Numbered from the stretch's first letter, positions 21,025 through 31,881 are shown. The stretch is DNA of 64,000 nt from an uncultured Verrucomicrobiae bacterium (GCA_951813855.1 OX638380.1:2370876-2434875); one strand, 5' to 3'. Numbers and translations: made by a program. Notes: generated by a model from the letters alone, not told the origin.

Positions 21025-23094
21025 GTTGGTTCTCCGTCCGCACACGTGGTCGTGCCGACGGGCCAACTATCCACCGATCAGAAGAACTTGCAGCCTTTCC
21101 TGGGCAGGGCTCCGGCCACCCCTGCGGGTCCCCTAGACACCGGGGGATTCTTCCCCCCCGATTTGTCGCATTGTAATTGTCGCGGTGTCGCAAAGTAATT
21201 GTCGCGCAACAATCGAGCTCGAGCTTGGAAGACGCGGGCCGGTGAAGTGGAGTTGCCGATCCCCAAATTGCGCCACGGCAATTACTTTCCCTCCTTTCTG
21301 ACCCCGCGTCGGCTCTCGGAAGCCGCGTTGACTTCGGTCATTCAAGATCCCTGGTGCCAGCCATGGGCTTGAGCGGTGTCAAACGCAGCGAAGTTTCCCG
21401 CCAGTGTCAGGAACTCGATACTCGAGTGGGATCGTTCCTGGACCGACCGCTCGAAGGCCAGTGGCCGTTTCTTTGGTTGAATACCACTTACGTCAAAGTT
21501 CGGGAAAGCGGTCGCATCGTCTCGGTGGCCGCTACTCTGGCTCTGGGCGTCAACGACCAGGGCCGTCGCGAGGTGCTGGGACTCGAAATCGGCTGCAGCG
21601 AAGCGGAAACACGTTCTGGACTGATTTCCTCCGGAAACTGCTGCGCCGTGGGCTTCGCGGCGTGCCATCGGTAATCTCCGATCACCACCAAGGATTGGAG
21701 GCTGCCATTCAGCGCACGCTGGCCACTTCGTGGCTACGTTGCAAAGTGCACTTCTTGCGTCATCTCCTGGCTCATGTCCGCCAAGGCGAGCGAGCGGCGA
21801 TCGGCAGCCAGGTTCGCACGGTTTTCGCCTTTCGGCAACGAGCCTCGGATCAACAACAATAGGGCAAGATCGCCGAGGAATTGAGGAGCCGGTTTCCCCA
21901 GGTCGCCCAACTGAGGGACGAGGCCGAATCGGAAGTTCTCGCCTATCTTTCCTACCCCGAAAGCCGGCACGCCAAAATCTGCAGCACCAATCCGATCGAA
22001 CGTTTGAACCAGGAAATCAAACGCCGCTCCCGAACCGTCGAAATCTTTCCCTGCGAGTCCGCCATCCTCCGCTTGGTCGGGGCCCTGTTAATCGAGCAGA
22101 ACGACGAATGGGCCGTGGCGCGAAGTTATCTGAACCTCGCGGATCTGGCTCGGGTTTGCGACGCCGACAAGACCGACCCGGAGCCGGATCGCCAGTGACC
22201 CGACCGTCGGCGAAACCGGTAATCGCTCTCAGATTCGACTTGCCGTCATCCCGGGGCGCGATCAGAGGCTCGGCGTTTTGTAGTAGAACCAAAATCTTCG
22301 AAACCACCCCGAGATGACGACCGACACCCTATCAGCTTGGCTAACGCAAGTCAAGCTGCCGACGGGCAATTTCCTTCGGGAACTGATGAGTTGCGCGTTG
22401 AATGGGATCATGGAAGAGGAAGTGGCCACTCTCATCGGCGCCCGGCCTCAGCAGAGCCGTTCCCAACGATCCAATCAACACAACAGCTATCGGAAACGGG
22501 GCTGGAAAACCTGCGTCGGCTACCTCGAATTGCTGATTCCCAAGCTCCGGAAAGGCAGCTGCTTTCCCCAGTTCCTGACACGGAGCTGTCTCGTCGAAGA
22601 GACCTTGCTCGGCGTCGTTCGGGAGGCTTGGGTGCCGGGCGTTTCCACTCGAAGCATGAAGCGACTCGCCGGAGCGCTGGGAACGGCGAACCTCTCTCGC
22701 AGCCAAGGGTCCCGAATCTGCCAGGAACTCGATCAATGGGTTCAAGAGTTTCGCCAACGCCCGATCGAGGGCGACTGGATGTTTCACTGGCTCGACACCA
22801 CCAATTTGAAAGTCCGCCTCGACGGACACGTCCGGTCAGTCGCCGTCTTGATCGCCTTGGGAGTCAATTCGGAAGGACGCCGCGAGGTATTGGGTTGGAT
22901 GTCGTCTCCAGCGAATCCCGGCAAAGTTGGTCCGAGTTCCTCCGATCGTTGCCGCACCGCGGTTTGAAACCAGTCCGGCTGATCATCTCCGACGAACACG
23001 AAGGCCTCAAGGCCGCGATCGCCGCAGTGATGCCTTCGCGGCGACAACGTTACCGAGTGCATTTCATGAGGAATTTGCTGGTACATGTCCCCCG

Positions 23095-23206
23095 GAGCGA
23101 TCAGGAACTGCTGGGACACGCCAAACTGGTGACCACTCAGATCTATACCCATTTATCCACCGACAAACTGAAAGCGGCCTACAAAAAAACCCACCCCCGG
23201 GCCTAG
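23095..23206 (+). pseudogene. 3' fragment of a XerC/XerD-type tyrosine recombinase gene fused to IS256 sequence
   Basis: Encodes (RSD)[34 protein letters not shown], the canonical XerC/D C-terminus with the catalytic His and Tyr. Confidence 0.85.
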
Positions 23207-23715
23207 CGGTCAGAATTCGAACTACCATGCCGGATGAACCGCCGCCCCCGAAACTCCGGTTTTTCGTCAATCGACGAAAGAATCCAATCCAATGACCCCG
23301 CCAGCGGGAATTCCGCCATAGCGGTATTCCATCTTTTCCGGAACGGAATTCTCCGTTACCGTGACAGTTGAACAATCGTCCGGGAAATCGACCCAGATCC
23401 CGAAGACGAATTAACTACCATCCTCCCCTCCCCCGAAATCCCATAACTGACGAAAGACAAACCGACCGCGCAACGAACCAACGTTAACCGCACGAGTTGA
23501 AGACGATGCCCCGTCATTTTACCGCTCAGGGAAATTTTCCGCCACTCGGTCAGAGACTGGCTTGAATTCCCGAACCGATCTCTTTGAAACGCGATCGCCA
23601 CCCCTGATTCCGACTGAGTGAGGAGCTCTGAAAATGAAATCGAAGAGTCTTCGGGTTCCAGACTATTTCCGGATACCGTCATTCGGCGGACGAGATAAAA
23701 CGGCAACGGTCCGGA

Positions 23716-25035
23716 TCAATTGACGCTCCACAACCGGGAAATCGGTACCGCATACAGGCGGTCCCCAAAGGACGTACAGGTTTCTCCGTCGTAAAGCACG
23801 ACCCCGTTGACAAACCGCGCTCCGAGTGAATTTCGAAGTTTGCGAAGCCCCCGAAAATCACCGGACCTGACCGTTCCCGAGGCCTTGACTTCCACGCCGG
23901 CAACCGTTCCGGAACGTTTCTCCAAAACGATATCCACTTCCACTCCATCTTTATCGCGAAAGTGGAAAAAACTGTTCTGATCCTCTTGCCAACTCGCCTG
24001 TCTTCGCAATTCCTGAAACACGAAAGTTTCCAAAAGTTGTCCGTACAGCATCCGGTCGCTCCGCAACGATTCGGAATCTATTCCCAATAAAGCCGCGGCA
24101 ATTCCGGTATCTGTTAGAAACAACTTGGGAGCCTTGATCAACCTCTTCAATCGATTACCGTGCCAAGCGGGAATCCGTTCGAACAAAAAAAGCTTTTCCA
24201 GCAACGCAACATAACTTCCTATTGTCGGACGACTCAATTCAAAAGGTGAGGCGAGGTCGCTAAGATTATAAAGATGAGCGGTCTGTGACGCTGCCGAACG
24301 CAAAAGGTTGGGTATTGCCTCAAACGAACCCACGCTACCGAAAACTCTCGCGTCACGTAGAATCATTTGATCGACATAATTGACGTAATTGACGTACCAG
24401 TTAGCGCGACGATTCGCTGTCGGTCTGGCAAGCGCCAGAGGAAAACCGCCGGCGACAATGGCCTCACTCAACCGAGTGCCCAACCTTTCGTTTTTAAACC
24501 CCAAAAACCCCTTGTCGAATAACGCGGCAAGAAATCCCGACTCGGCTACCCCGTCAGAATTCTCCGCTTTCAATTCGCACTGCGATAGCAGATGCAGACG
24601 AACAATTTGAAGACGTCCCACCAAAGCTTCGGACAACTCGGAGAGGAGCGAAACGCTGGTAGAACCTGTCAACAGGAATCGACCGGGAATCCTGTTGCGA
24701 TCAACGTCAAGCTTGATGAGTCTGAATAATTCGGGAGCCCGTTGTATTTCGTCAAGAATCACTCTTTCTGGCAACCCGGCCATAAATCCTACGGGATCCT
24801 CCCGAGCGCTTTCTCTCGGTATCGTTTCGTCGAAACTGAGATAACCGTAATTCGGTATTGCAGAACGGTTCTGACGGTCTTCTCCGCTGAGCAAATGTTC
24901 TCGAGTACCGATTAGTTGAGCGAGAGTAGTCTTGCCGCACTGCCTCGGCCCATTGAGCAACACGACCGGCGAGTCCTCAAGTGCCTCCATGAGTCGTCGA
25001 CGGATAAAACGAGGATGAATCACGGTCTTAGACAT
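23716..25035 (-). CDS. AAA_14 ATPase with DUF4143-type C-terminal domain
   Basis: GPRQCGKTTL, ILDEIQRAPEL, FLLTGS, KAPKLFLTDTG and RDKDGVEVD...VEVK motifs. Confidence 0.9.
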   Translation of the reverse strand: MSKTVIHPRFIRRRLMEALEDSPVVLLNGPRQCGKTTLAQLIGTREHLLSGEDRQNRSAIPNYGYLSFDETIPRESAREDPVGFMAGLPERVILDEIQRAPELFRLIKLDVDRNRIPGRFLLTGSTSVSLLSELSEALVGRLQIVRLHLLSQCELKAENSDGVAESGFLAALFDKGFLGFKNERLGTRLSEAIVAGGFPLALARPTANRRANWYVNYVNYVDQMILRDARVFGSVGSFEAIPNLLRSAASQTAHLYNLSDLASPFELSRPTIGSYVALLEKLFLFERIPAWHGNRLKRLIKAPKLFLTDTGIAAALLGIDSESLRSDRMLYGQLLETFVFQELRRQASWQEDQNSFFHFRDKDGVEVDIVLEKRSGTVAGVEVKASGTVRSGDFRGLRKLRNSLGARFVNGVVLYDGETCTSFGDRLYAVPISRLWSVN

Positions 25036-25384
25036 CGCGTTAAACGCCAGGATTTCAATCGGCCCAATGCAAGTTTTCGCCTCGGCAGATTGAAAGCAAC
25101 CGCCTCGGCCATTTGAAACCTTTCCCCGACCAAATGGTTCTTCGCCAAATTATTTCCCCTTTAATCCAACTTTACCGAGTTCAGCCGAAACCTCTTGTAA
25201 GTAGCTCACTGCCAATGAGTTTAACAATTCCGGCTGTATTACCTAAATCGTCAATTCAACGCTCAGGGGTAAAGGATAAAAGCCATCGGGTTAACCAAAT
25301 TGCGTCGCAATCTGGCTTTTTCCTCCGGGCATCCGGTTTTACCAAGACAGCAAGCCGTCCCTTCCCCGGAAAGCATGGCTCCCG

Positions 25385-26950
25385 CTAACCCTGCCGGTTA
25401 GACAAACTCTCCCGCACGCTATTACGCAGCCGATCGATAGCCCAAACGCTCACCGCCAAGCCTACCGCCATGCCGAAAAACCAACGCAACAACAGCATGA
25501 ACACGACGTGAAAAATAGCGGGCACCCCCAGCATTACCAAAATGACGAGAAAAACGCAGACCATGCACCAAGGGATTAACAGCACGGCTCCAATGGCGTT
25601 AAACCAGGCACGCGTCAAGCTGGAAGACATGACGCCCTGATACATTCCGTACCAAGCGAGCGCAAACATATCCAAGGCCGTAAACAAGGGAATCGCCAAT
25701 AAAAGCGATCCTCTCAAAGCCCCCATCGCCATCGGGTCGACCACCGCCAAGACGATCAATTGGACCGAAAACATTACTGTCAGCGGCAGTAAAAAGGCTT
25801 TTTTCAAGCTGACCAAAGATCCCTCGAGCAACAAACGCCAGTCCATCGGAGCCGTCAATACCAACTCCAGCATCCCCGACCGCCGCATTTCGACCATGTG
25901 TTGGGTCGCCGCCCAAGCGATCCATAATTTGAGCAAGACATGACCGGCGCAAACGACCAGAACCCCGATTCCGATCCAGCCGGTTCCAGTACCGGTCGTC
26001 AATACGAACCCCAAGACCGCCAAACTGCCGAGCGCCCACCCGAACTTCATGCGAGTCGAAATCCCGTAACCGTAACTCTGCAATCGAAAAAACGGATTAT
26101 CCTCGAAACGGTCCTGACGATCAGACGATTTTTTTCGGGGCCGCTTGATCTGTTTTACGAAGCCCGCGCGCGTTTTTCCCAAATCCGGTTTCTGCCAGTT
26201 TTTTCCGAGGAAAATACCGGCGGCCAGCAAAAACCCCCAGGCGATCAGATGCTGCAGCAACAAACTCGAATAATAGACTCCGCCGGTCGGCAACCCCGCC
26301 TCGATCCGGCAACTTCGAAAGGTCGCCGCCGGACTGAACAGATCCCCGATCGCCGGGCGATACGGTCCGATCAATATCGATTGATTGACCAGCGGCGGCA
26401 AAACGACCATGACCGCCAACAGCCAGAATCCGAGAATCACCGCCCGCCGCCCGTCTCTCAGCAAGGTGGAAGCGAACAGCCCCGCCCCGAGAGACAGAAA
26501 CAGGGTATTCCCAATGAAAAACCCTACCCTGACGAACTCGCCCATGGTAACGCCGCCGACCGTAAATACCAGGGCCAAGGCCGGAAGAAATGCCAGTGCG
26601 ACTTGAGCGGCGCCGATCCCGGCGACGATCAATTTACCCAGCATAATATCGACCATGCCGATATGAGTAAGGCAAAGCAGCTGCAGCGTCCCTTCCCGCC
26701 GTTCGCCGGCAATGGTGTCTCCGGTCAAAAAGACGGCGATAAAACCTCCGTAGAGAGCGATCAGCGCCGATAGCCACCAGAAAACGTCGCGATTGCCCTT
26801 AACGACGATCCCAATGTCGATCGCTCCCAGGAAGATGAACAGAAAACCGAGCAGTCCGGTCAGGATACCGGCGATCAACCGGTTCCGGTAGGTGCGTAAA
26901 TTCCGGGACGCTTGCCGTAACTCGGAGCCGATCAAGCAAGGCAATTCCAT
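25385..26950 (-). CDS. ABC-2-like permease / polytopic membrane protein
   Basis: IAGERREGTLQLLCLT...IMLGKL, with a second similar repeat EMRRSGMLELVLTAPM and many TM segments. Confidence 0.75.
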   Translation of the reverse strand: MELPCLIGSELRQASRNLRTYRNRLIAGILTGLLGFLFIFLGAIDIGIVVKGNRDVFWWLSALIALYGGFIAVFLTGDTIAGERREGTLQLLCLTHIGMVDIMLGKLIVAGIGAAQVALAFLPALALVFTVGGVTMGEFVRVGFFIGNTLFLSLGAGLFASTLLRDGRRAVILGFWLLAVMVVLPPLVNQSILIGPYRPAIGDLFSPAATFRSCRIEAGLPTGGVYYSSLLLQHLIAWGFLLAAGIFLGKNWQKPDLGKTRAGFVKQIKRPRKKSSDRQDRFEDNPFFRLQSYGYGISTRMKFGWALGSLAVLGFVLTTGTGTGWIGIGVLVVCAGHVLLKLWIAWAATQHMVEMRRSGMLELVLTAPMDWRLLLEGSLVSLKKAFLLPLTVMFSVQLIVLAVVDPMAMGALRGSLLLAIPLFTALDMFALAWYGMYQGVMSSSLTRAWFNAIGAVLLIPWCMVCVFLVILVMLGVPAIFHVVFMLLLRWFFGMAVGLAVSVWAIDRLRNSVRESLSNRQG

Positions 26951-26959
26951 CGGCGAACG

Positions 26960-27232
26960 TTACAATGAGGACAGAAACAATGCGGCAAGGATGCCCAGGC
27001 AGAACTGCCACGGCACGCTGAATACGGCCAAATAAAAACCGGCAAGGGCGTATTTTTTGCTCGGATTCCATTGTTTGCGGCTCTGACGCCAAACCGTAAA
27101 TCCCGCACGACAGGTAAAACACGCCAATAACAACCCTACTCCGGGCATCAGACTCATGATTCCCGTAACGAAAACCAGTAGACTCCGTTCCATCAACCGG
27201 ATTCTATCTGTCGGATTGTCAATCGTCTTCAT
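26960..27232 (-). CDS. Small 2-TM membrane protein
   Basis: 90 aa with two hydrophobic helices, overlapping or abutting its operon neighbours. Confidence 0.55.
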   Translation of the reverse strand: MKTIDNPTDRIRLMERSLLVFVTGIMSLMPGVGLLLACFTCRAGFTVWRQSRKQWNPSKKYALAGFYLAVFSVPWQFCLGILAALFLSSL

Positions 27233-27425
27233 GGGGAGACGGTGGTTCGACGGATTCCTGGAAGACCTCCCGTTGCCGGTTCTCGACATCCTGAATGTCC
27301 AGCCGCAACGCAAACAACACCTGCGCGTTCAACCAGACGAAGAACACGACCAGCGCCAAAATGAAAACCATCACGACGGTTGCCATGGCGGCTAGCCGGG
27401 GACGTTTGCTAGTCTCAAGTTTCAT
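27219..27425 (-). CDS. Small pseudopilin-like bitopic protein
   Basis: Basic N-terminus, a TM helix and a short coil. 4-bp ATGA overlap with the upstream gene. Confidence 0.5.
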   Translation of the reverse strand: MKLETSKRPRLAAMATVVMVFILALVVFFVWLNAQVLFALRLDIQDVENRQREVFQESVEPPSPHEDD

Positions 27426-27952
27426 GGCCGGGTTTCCACCGCCAAGGCCGGTTCGGCGGCGATAAAACTGAATCGGGGGCGCGTAACGACCCGCTTCTTC
27501 TTGGTATTCAAGACGATTTCCCAGCGCCAGGCGACGACTTCCTCTCGTTCGTCCCGAACGAAACGGCACTCCGCAACGCCCTTGAGGACCGGCAACTCGA
27601 TCGTCCCTCCCGGCAATACCTTCCAGACGTTGGTTCGATCGTAACGATAGATGACGCTATCGTCCCGTTGCGGTATGATGAATGCCGACTGCCAGTTGTC
27701 CTGGCTTATCTCGATCGGCCCATTCGCCTTCCTGACGTCGGCCCGCCATTGCTCGCCCGCTCTCAACGTCCGGGTAATATCGCCGGCGACCCGTTTGAAA
27801 TCCCCGTGAAAAGCGACGAATTTAGCCAATAAGACGAAGCCCAACCCGACCAGTACCACGAACACCCCCAAATAGATCACGCAGTTGAGCAACAAGATGC
27901 CTCGTTGGCGAGAACGCCTGTTCTTTCCGGCACTGAATACCTCGCCCTTCAT
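27422..27952 (-). CDS. Atypical pseudopilin (GspJ-like)
   Basis: RQRG-ILLLNCVIYLG class III-like leader followed by a TM helix and a beta-rich domain. Confidence 0.65.
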   Translation of the reverse strand: MKGEVFSAGKNRRSRQRGILLLNCVIYLGVFVVLVGLGFVLLAKFVAFHGDFKRVAGDITRTLRAGEQWRADVRKANGPIEISQDNWQSAFIIPQRDDSVIYRYDRTNVWKVLPGGTIELPVLKGVAECRFVRDEREEVVAWRWEIVLNTKKKRVVTRPRFSFIAAEPALAVETRP

Positions 27953-28329
27953 GGATTATCGGGTAACGACCATTCCCGGACGACTTTGCCTCCCGAGGAC
28001 CTATTGGCCGGCGTCCACTCCAAACGGATTCGCGACTCGGTCCGGCTCAAGCTGAATCTACCCTCGGGAAGTTGCGCCGCAGCCTCGGCGTTGACGGGAT
28101 AGTCATGCTCCCCCGGAGCGAACCGGCGCCATTGTCCCGCCCGCAACAACTCCATTTCCCCGTCGACGATGCTCATCGCGACCGAACGAAAATAAAGCGA
28201 GCGGCAAATTTGCCGCTCCTGACTGACGGAATACACGATGGGCATCAACGCTACCATCAAGATCGCGATCGCGATGGCCAGGTCCATCTGCAACCACCCT
28301 CCGCGACGACGCTCCTTGGCAATTACCAC
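27949..28329 (-). CDS. Atypical pseudopilin (GspI-like)
   Basis: RRRGG-WLQMDLAIAIAIL leader, and A..I.DGEME.LRAG resembles GspI-type helices. Confidence 0.65.
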   Translation of the reverse strand: MVIAKERRRGGWLQMDLAIAIAILMVALMPIVYSVSQERQICRSLYFRSVAMSIVDGEMELLRAGQWRRFAPGEHDYPVNAEAAAQLPEGRFSLSRTESRIRLEWTPANRSSGGKVVREWSLPDNP

Positions 28330-29471
28330 AGCAATTCCTCCTCGATCACGTTAATCAACGTCCAGAATATCGAACTGGCGATCACAGCGATTAATAGGCC
28401 GTTGAACGCTACGATACCGACGAAAAAAAACTGAACGGCCGCCTGTTCCTGCTGAGCGGCCCGAGAATGAAGCCATTCCCACCAACCTCTCAACGCCGCC
28501 CGAAATCCTGGCGCGGAACGCGCCGCCAAGCGCAACCGCCATCCCAATTCCGGAATTCGATCCAATCGCATGATGGCCTGTTCCAGCGATTCTCCGCGGT
28601 CGAGCGCGCCGATACACTTATCGGCGCGTTGTTGCAAAGCGCTATTGGCCGTGGCCCGAGCGGCAATCTCGACCGCTTCCGCTTCCGGCACTCCTTCGTC
28701 CAACAAGAGTCCCAACATCAGGGAAAAATTTCGCAACAATCGCTTTCGACGCCAAGGGACGAGCAGCGCAAGCGGGTGAGTAATCGGTTTGATGCCCGCC
28801 TCGATCCATCGTTGCAGCCGAGGACCTCCGACATAACTGAAGGCCCACAACAACAACCAGCCGGCGATCAAGATAAACAGCGCCAGGGCCCCAGGCATGG
28901 CCTGCATGATCCCCGACAGGAACCAGGGCAACGATTCCTCGAAACGAGGAAAAACCTCCTCCAGTTTCGGTTTGAGACCACGGAGAATTATCCACAAAAC
29001 CAGCACGCTGGGGACGATCAACAACAAGGGCAGCAATAGATGATTCGAAACGTTGCGGACCGTGCCGGCGGCGTCTTGCAACATGTGACGGCAAATCGGC
29101 AAAACCTTCCGGTAATCGTTCAATGCCTCGCCCGCTAACAACACCTGTTGGATGCTTGCGGGCAACAAACGGGGCACCAGCCGAATGGCCTCCGAAAAAC
29201 TCTTTCCGGTCGACATATGATCGGCCAGCAAGTGAAAGCGAACGCCCAGAACGGGATCGCGGGTCTGGGACATTTCCCTGATCGTCTCGCTCAACGACAA
29301 CCCTTGTTTCTGCTGCGCTTCCAGAAGGTCGATCAAAATGCTGGCCCTTTCTTGACGGCGCAACGGGAGGGAAATCAGAAAATAGGCCAGATAGCCGACA
29401 ACGGCCAGCGTGACCAACATCAGCAGCGCCGCGGCAACCGCTCCGGCTATCGATAAAAGGTCAGGCCCCAT
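28323..29471 (-). CDS. Type II secretion system F-family inner membrane platform protein
   Basis: Two T2SSF-like repeats (G.SFSEAI...P...LAGE and L.LLLDEGVPEAEAV). Confidence 0.85.
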   Translation of the reverse strand: MGPDLLSIAGAVAAALLMLVTLAVVGYLAYFLISLPLRRQERASILIDLLEAQQKQGLSLSETIREMSQTRDPVLGVRFHLLADHMSTGKSFSEAIRLVPRLLPASIQQVLLAGEALNDYRKVLPICRHMLQDAAGTVRNVSNHLLLPLLLIVPSVLVLWIILRGLKPKLEEVFPRFEESLPWFLSGIMQAMPGALALFILIAGWLLLWAFSYVGGPRLQRWIEAGIKPITHPLALLVPWRRKRLLRNFSLMLGLLLDEGVPEAEAVEIAARATANSALQQRADKCIGALDRGESLEQAIMRLDRIPELGWRLRLAARSAPGFRAALRGWWEWLHSRAAQQEQAAVQFFFVGIVAFNGLLIAVIASSIFWTLINVIEEELLW

Positions 29472-29559
29472 CTCGGTCCGATATGTTTCCGCCCGGCCTG
29501 CTTGCCGCCCTTAGCCGCCGTTCCCGTATCGTCGTCCATCGTCGCTCCCTGCTCGGCCG

Positions 29560-30570
29560 TCAAAACATCATGGAGGCGGACATCACTCGGCTCAAATAAT
29601 AATGCAAGGGAATCAATTGGAAAACGACCATTCCTCCAATCAACAAAACGGAAACGGGCAAGGCGGCGGCCAAGGCCAAGTCCGCCCGGTAATCTGCCCG
29701 GCGTTGATAAAACGTCGCCGCCTTATCGAACCCGTCCGCCAAAGCTTCGCCGGAACTGGCGACCAGCCAAATAAACATGCCTGGAATCGAACGGCTGGCC
29801 CGAGCGATTTTTCCGAAACCGCCGATCCCCTGAGCGATGCGCCGGTTCCAGCCGGCCAATTCGTCCCTGGTCGGTTTATGAGTTTCCAATCCGCTGAGGA
29901 TCTCGACGGCGTCGTTTAACGGCAAACCGCTGCGCAACATCGTCGAACAGGCAGCCGCCGTTTGCGCCAAGCTCGCGTCCCGAAAACCCGGAATCCGCCA
30001 AACCAGCGTCCGGCGAAACGATGGAACAAAAACGCCGGCGAAATAAATCAGCGACAGTATTCCCAAAAACGCCGGAGTGAATAAAACGCAGAATATTACC
30101 CAAACCGGAGTCCCCGCAATCGGGTTTTCAAACAAGGTCCACTGGTTGACCGCATCGCCGGCCAAAGCGAAAACACCGGAAGTCATTATCGTCCACGCCA
30201 AGAAGAACGTAAGGCAAAACGACGCCAGCAAGACGATCAAAGGATAAATCGCGATTCCTTTCAGCCGATTCCACATGATGCCGCTGCGGTGATAGTAATC
30301 GGCGATCGAAATCAGCATCTCCTCCAACCGCTCCGAGTGAGCGCCGACAACCATCAGGCGTTGATAAAGCGCCGGGAAGGCTCGGCGTCGCACGGCTTCG
30401 GCCAGATCGATGCCTTGCGAAAGATCCTGTTTCAATTTCAGCGTCTCTTCCTTGAGCTTACCTCGCTTCAACTCGCGCGACACCTCGGCCAACGCTCCTT
30501 CCAAAGGCAGGCCGCTACGCAACATCCCGGCCAATTGCTGATTATAAAAGGCTAATTCCTCGGACTTCAT
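29560..30570 (-). CDS. Type II secretion system F-family protein
   Basis: ELAFYNQQLAGMLRSGLPLEGAL...IADYY...IAIYP, and a second repeat MLRSGLPLNDAV. Confidence 0.9.
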   Translation of the reverse strand: MKSEELAFYNQQLAGMLRSGLPLEGALAEVSRELKRGKLKEETLKLKQDLSQGIDLAEAVRRRAFPALYQRLMVVGAHSERLEEMLISIADYYHRSGIMWNRLKGIAIYPLIVLLASFCLTFFLAWTIMTSGVFALAGDAVNQWTLFENPIAGTPVWVIFCVLFTPAFLGILSLIYFAGVFVPSFRRTLVWRIPGFRDASLAQTAAACSTMLRSGLPLNDAVEILSGLETHKPTRDELAGWNRRIAQGIGGFGKIARASRSIPGMFIWLVASSGEALADGFDKAATFYQRRADYRADLALAAALPVSVLLIGGMVVFQLIPLHYYLSRVMSASMMF

Positions 30571-31661
30571 CAGCTTCGAATTCTGGCGGCTTCCCGGACA
30601 TCGGTCACGCCCTCATCGACCAACCGGTCGATGGCTTCGGAAAACGTAGGCGACGCCGACGAAACCGGCGAGTCGCTGACCCGCAAACTCTGGCAATCGG
30701 CGTCGGTCAAACGAAGACATTCGGCCACCGGTACGCGTCCGCGATAGCCGACTTGGGCGCAAGCTTCGCAACCTTGTCCCGAACAAGATGGACAGAGTCT
30801 CCGGACCAGCCTTTGATTGACGATCAAATCGAGTACGGCGGCCAAGGCGAATCGGTCCGGCACCATGACCTTAAGACGGTCCACGACCCCTTGGCAGGAA
30901 CCGGCGTGCAGCGTGGCAATGACTTGATGCCCGGTCAAAGCCGCCCGAACCGCGATTTCCGCCGTTTCGTCGTCCCGGATCTCGCCGATGACGATTGTCT
31001 CCGGATCCTGCCGCAACAAATGACGAATCGCCTTGGGATAGGTCAATCCCCTCGCTTCGTTCACTTCGGTCTGCATCACGCCGTCGATCACCTGTTCCGC
31101 CGGATCTTCGATCGTAATGATATGCCGGGTATCGGTTTCCACCAAATAACCGAGGCAGCTGTAGATGGTGGTCGTCTTGCCGCTCCCGGAAGGTCCGGTC
31201 AGCAACAGCAAACCGCGACGGCTATTGAGAAACCGCTGCAAGACACCCAGCAAGTCCGTCGCCAACCCCAGGCGCCCGAGCCGGAAGATTTTCTGTTCGG
31301 TGAAAAAACGGACGACCACCTTTTCGCCGCTAACGGTGGGGAATGTGGAAACCCGCAATTCCTGATTCAGGTCGATATCCGCCTGATCGATCCTGCCGTC
31401 CTGAGGCAAAGAATGTTCCCAGGTTTTCAGCTTGGCCAAAAACTTGATCCGGCCACAAACCAGCGGCGCCGCCTCGGGCGACAGAACTTCCACCGGTCGC
31501 AACACGCCGTCCAAACGAAAGGATACCTCGGCGGAACCGTCCCCTTTGGGTTGAATATGAAGATCGCTCGCTCCCGCCTCCGCCGCCCGGCCCATCAATC
31601 GGGAACATTCCCTCGGACCGACATCGGACGGTTCGGCTGCTTGGGGTCGGGACAGACTCAT
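30570..31661 (-). CDS. GspE/PulE-family secretion ATPase (short, lacking the N-terminal domain)
   Basis: ASDLHIQP, LPQDGR, GPSGSGKTTT, TIEDP, LRQDPETIVIGEIRD, TLHA and a CxxC...CxxC zinc motif. Confidence 0.93.
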   Translation of the reverse strand: MSLSRPQAAEPSDVGPRECSRLMGRAAEAGASDLHIQPKGDGSAEVSFRLDGVLRPVEVLSPEAAPLVCGRIKFLAKLKTWEHSLPQDGRIDQADIDLNQELRVSTFPTVSGEKVVVRFFTEQKIFRLGRLGLATDLLGVLQRFLNSRRGLLLLTGPSGSGKTTTIYSCLGYLVETDTRHIITIEDPAEQVIDGVMQTEVNEARGLTYPKAIRHLLRQDPETIVIGEIRDDETAEIAVRAALTGHQVIATLHAGSCQGVVDRLKVMVPDRFALAAVLDLIVNQRLVRRLCPSCSGQGCEACAQVGYRGRVPVAECLRLTDADCQSLRVSDSPVSSASPTFSEAIDRLVDEGVTDVREAARIRS

Positions 31662-31881
31662 GAATACCTGTCTGAATTCGTCATCGCAAAGGAGGACTCA
31701 GGCAGCATGGTCTCACGGTTTGGGCCGAAAAACAAGCTTCCCGTCTTCCGGATTCCACGGCTCGACGTACTCGAACTGCTCGAACGAACGTTTTTCGGGG
31801 AAAACCGTTTGCCGAAGCCGGAACTCTCGCCCGGAAAATGTTGGCTTTATTTCCCGCTAGCTCCGCAGTAGGCTTGGTCCC

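Larger units (their letters stand above)
18136..21211 (-). mobile_element. IS21-family element
   Basis: Ends TGTTGCGCGACAATTAC and TATAGCGCGTCAATTAC, with internal TGTCGC/AATTAC repeats at 21163..21211. 8-bp TSD ATCGAGCT at 18128..18135 and 21212..21219. The empty site is visible near 5628. Confidence 0.93.
16687..23103 (+). mobile_element. IS256 tandem element, copy 2, carrying nested IS630 and IS21 and truncated on the right
   Basis: Same left end as 5282. Transposase A runs ~17950..22198 (interrupted by IS21) and transposase B runs 22314..~23100. Both are degraded. Confidence 0.8.

Noticed and set aside
23356-23706. 116-aa minus-strand ORF
   Set aside because: No motif or SD, Ser-rich, and cannot be distinguished from a chance ORF.
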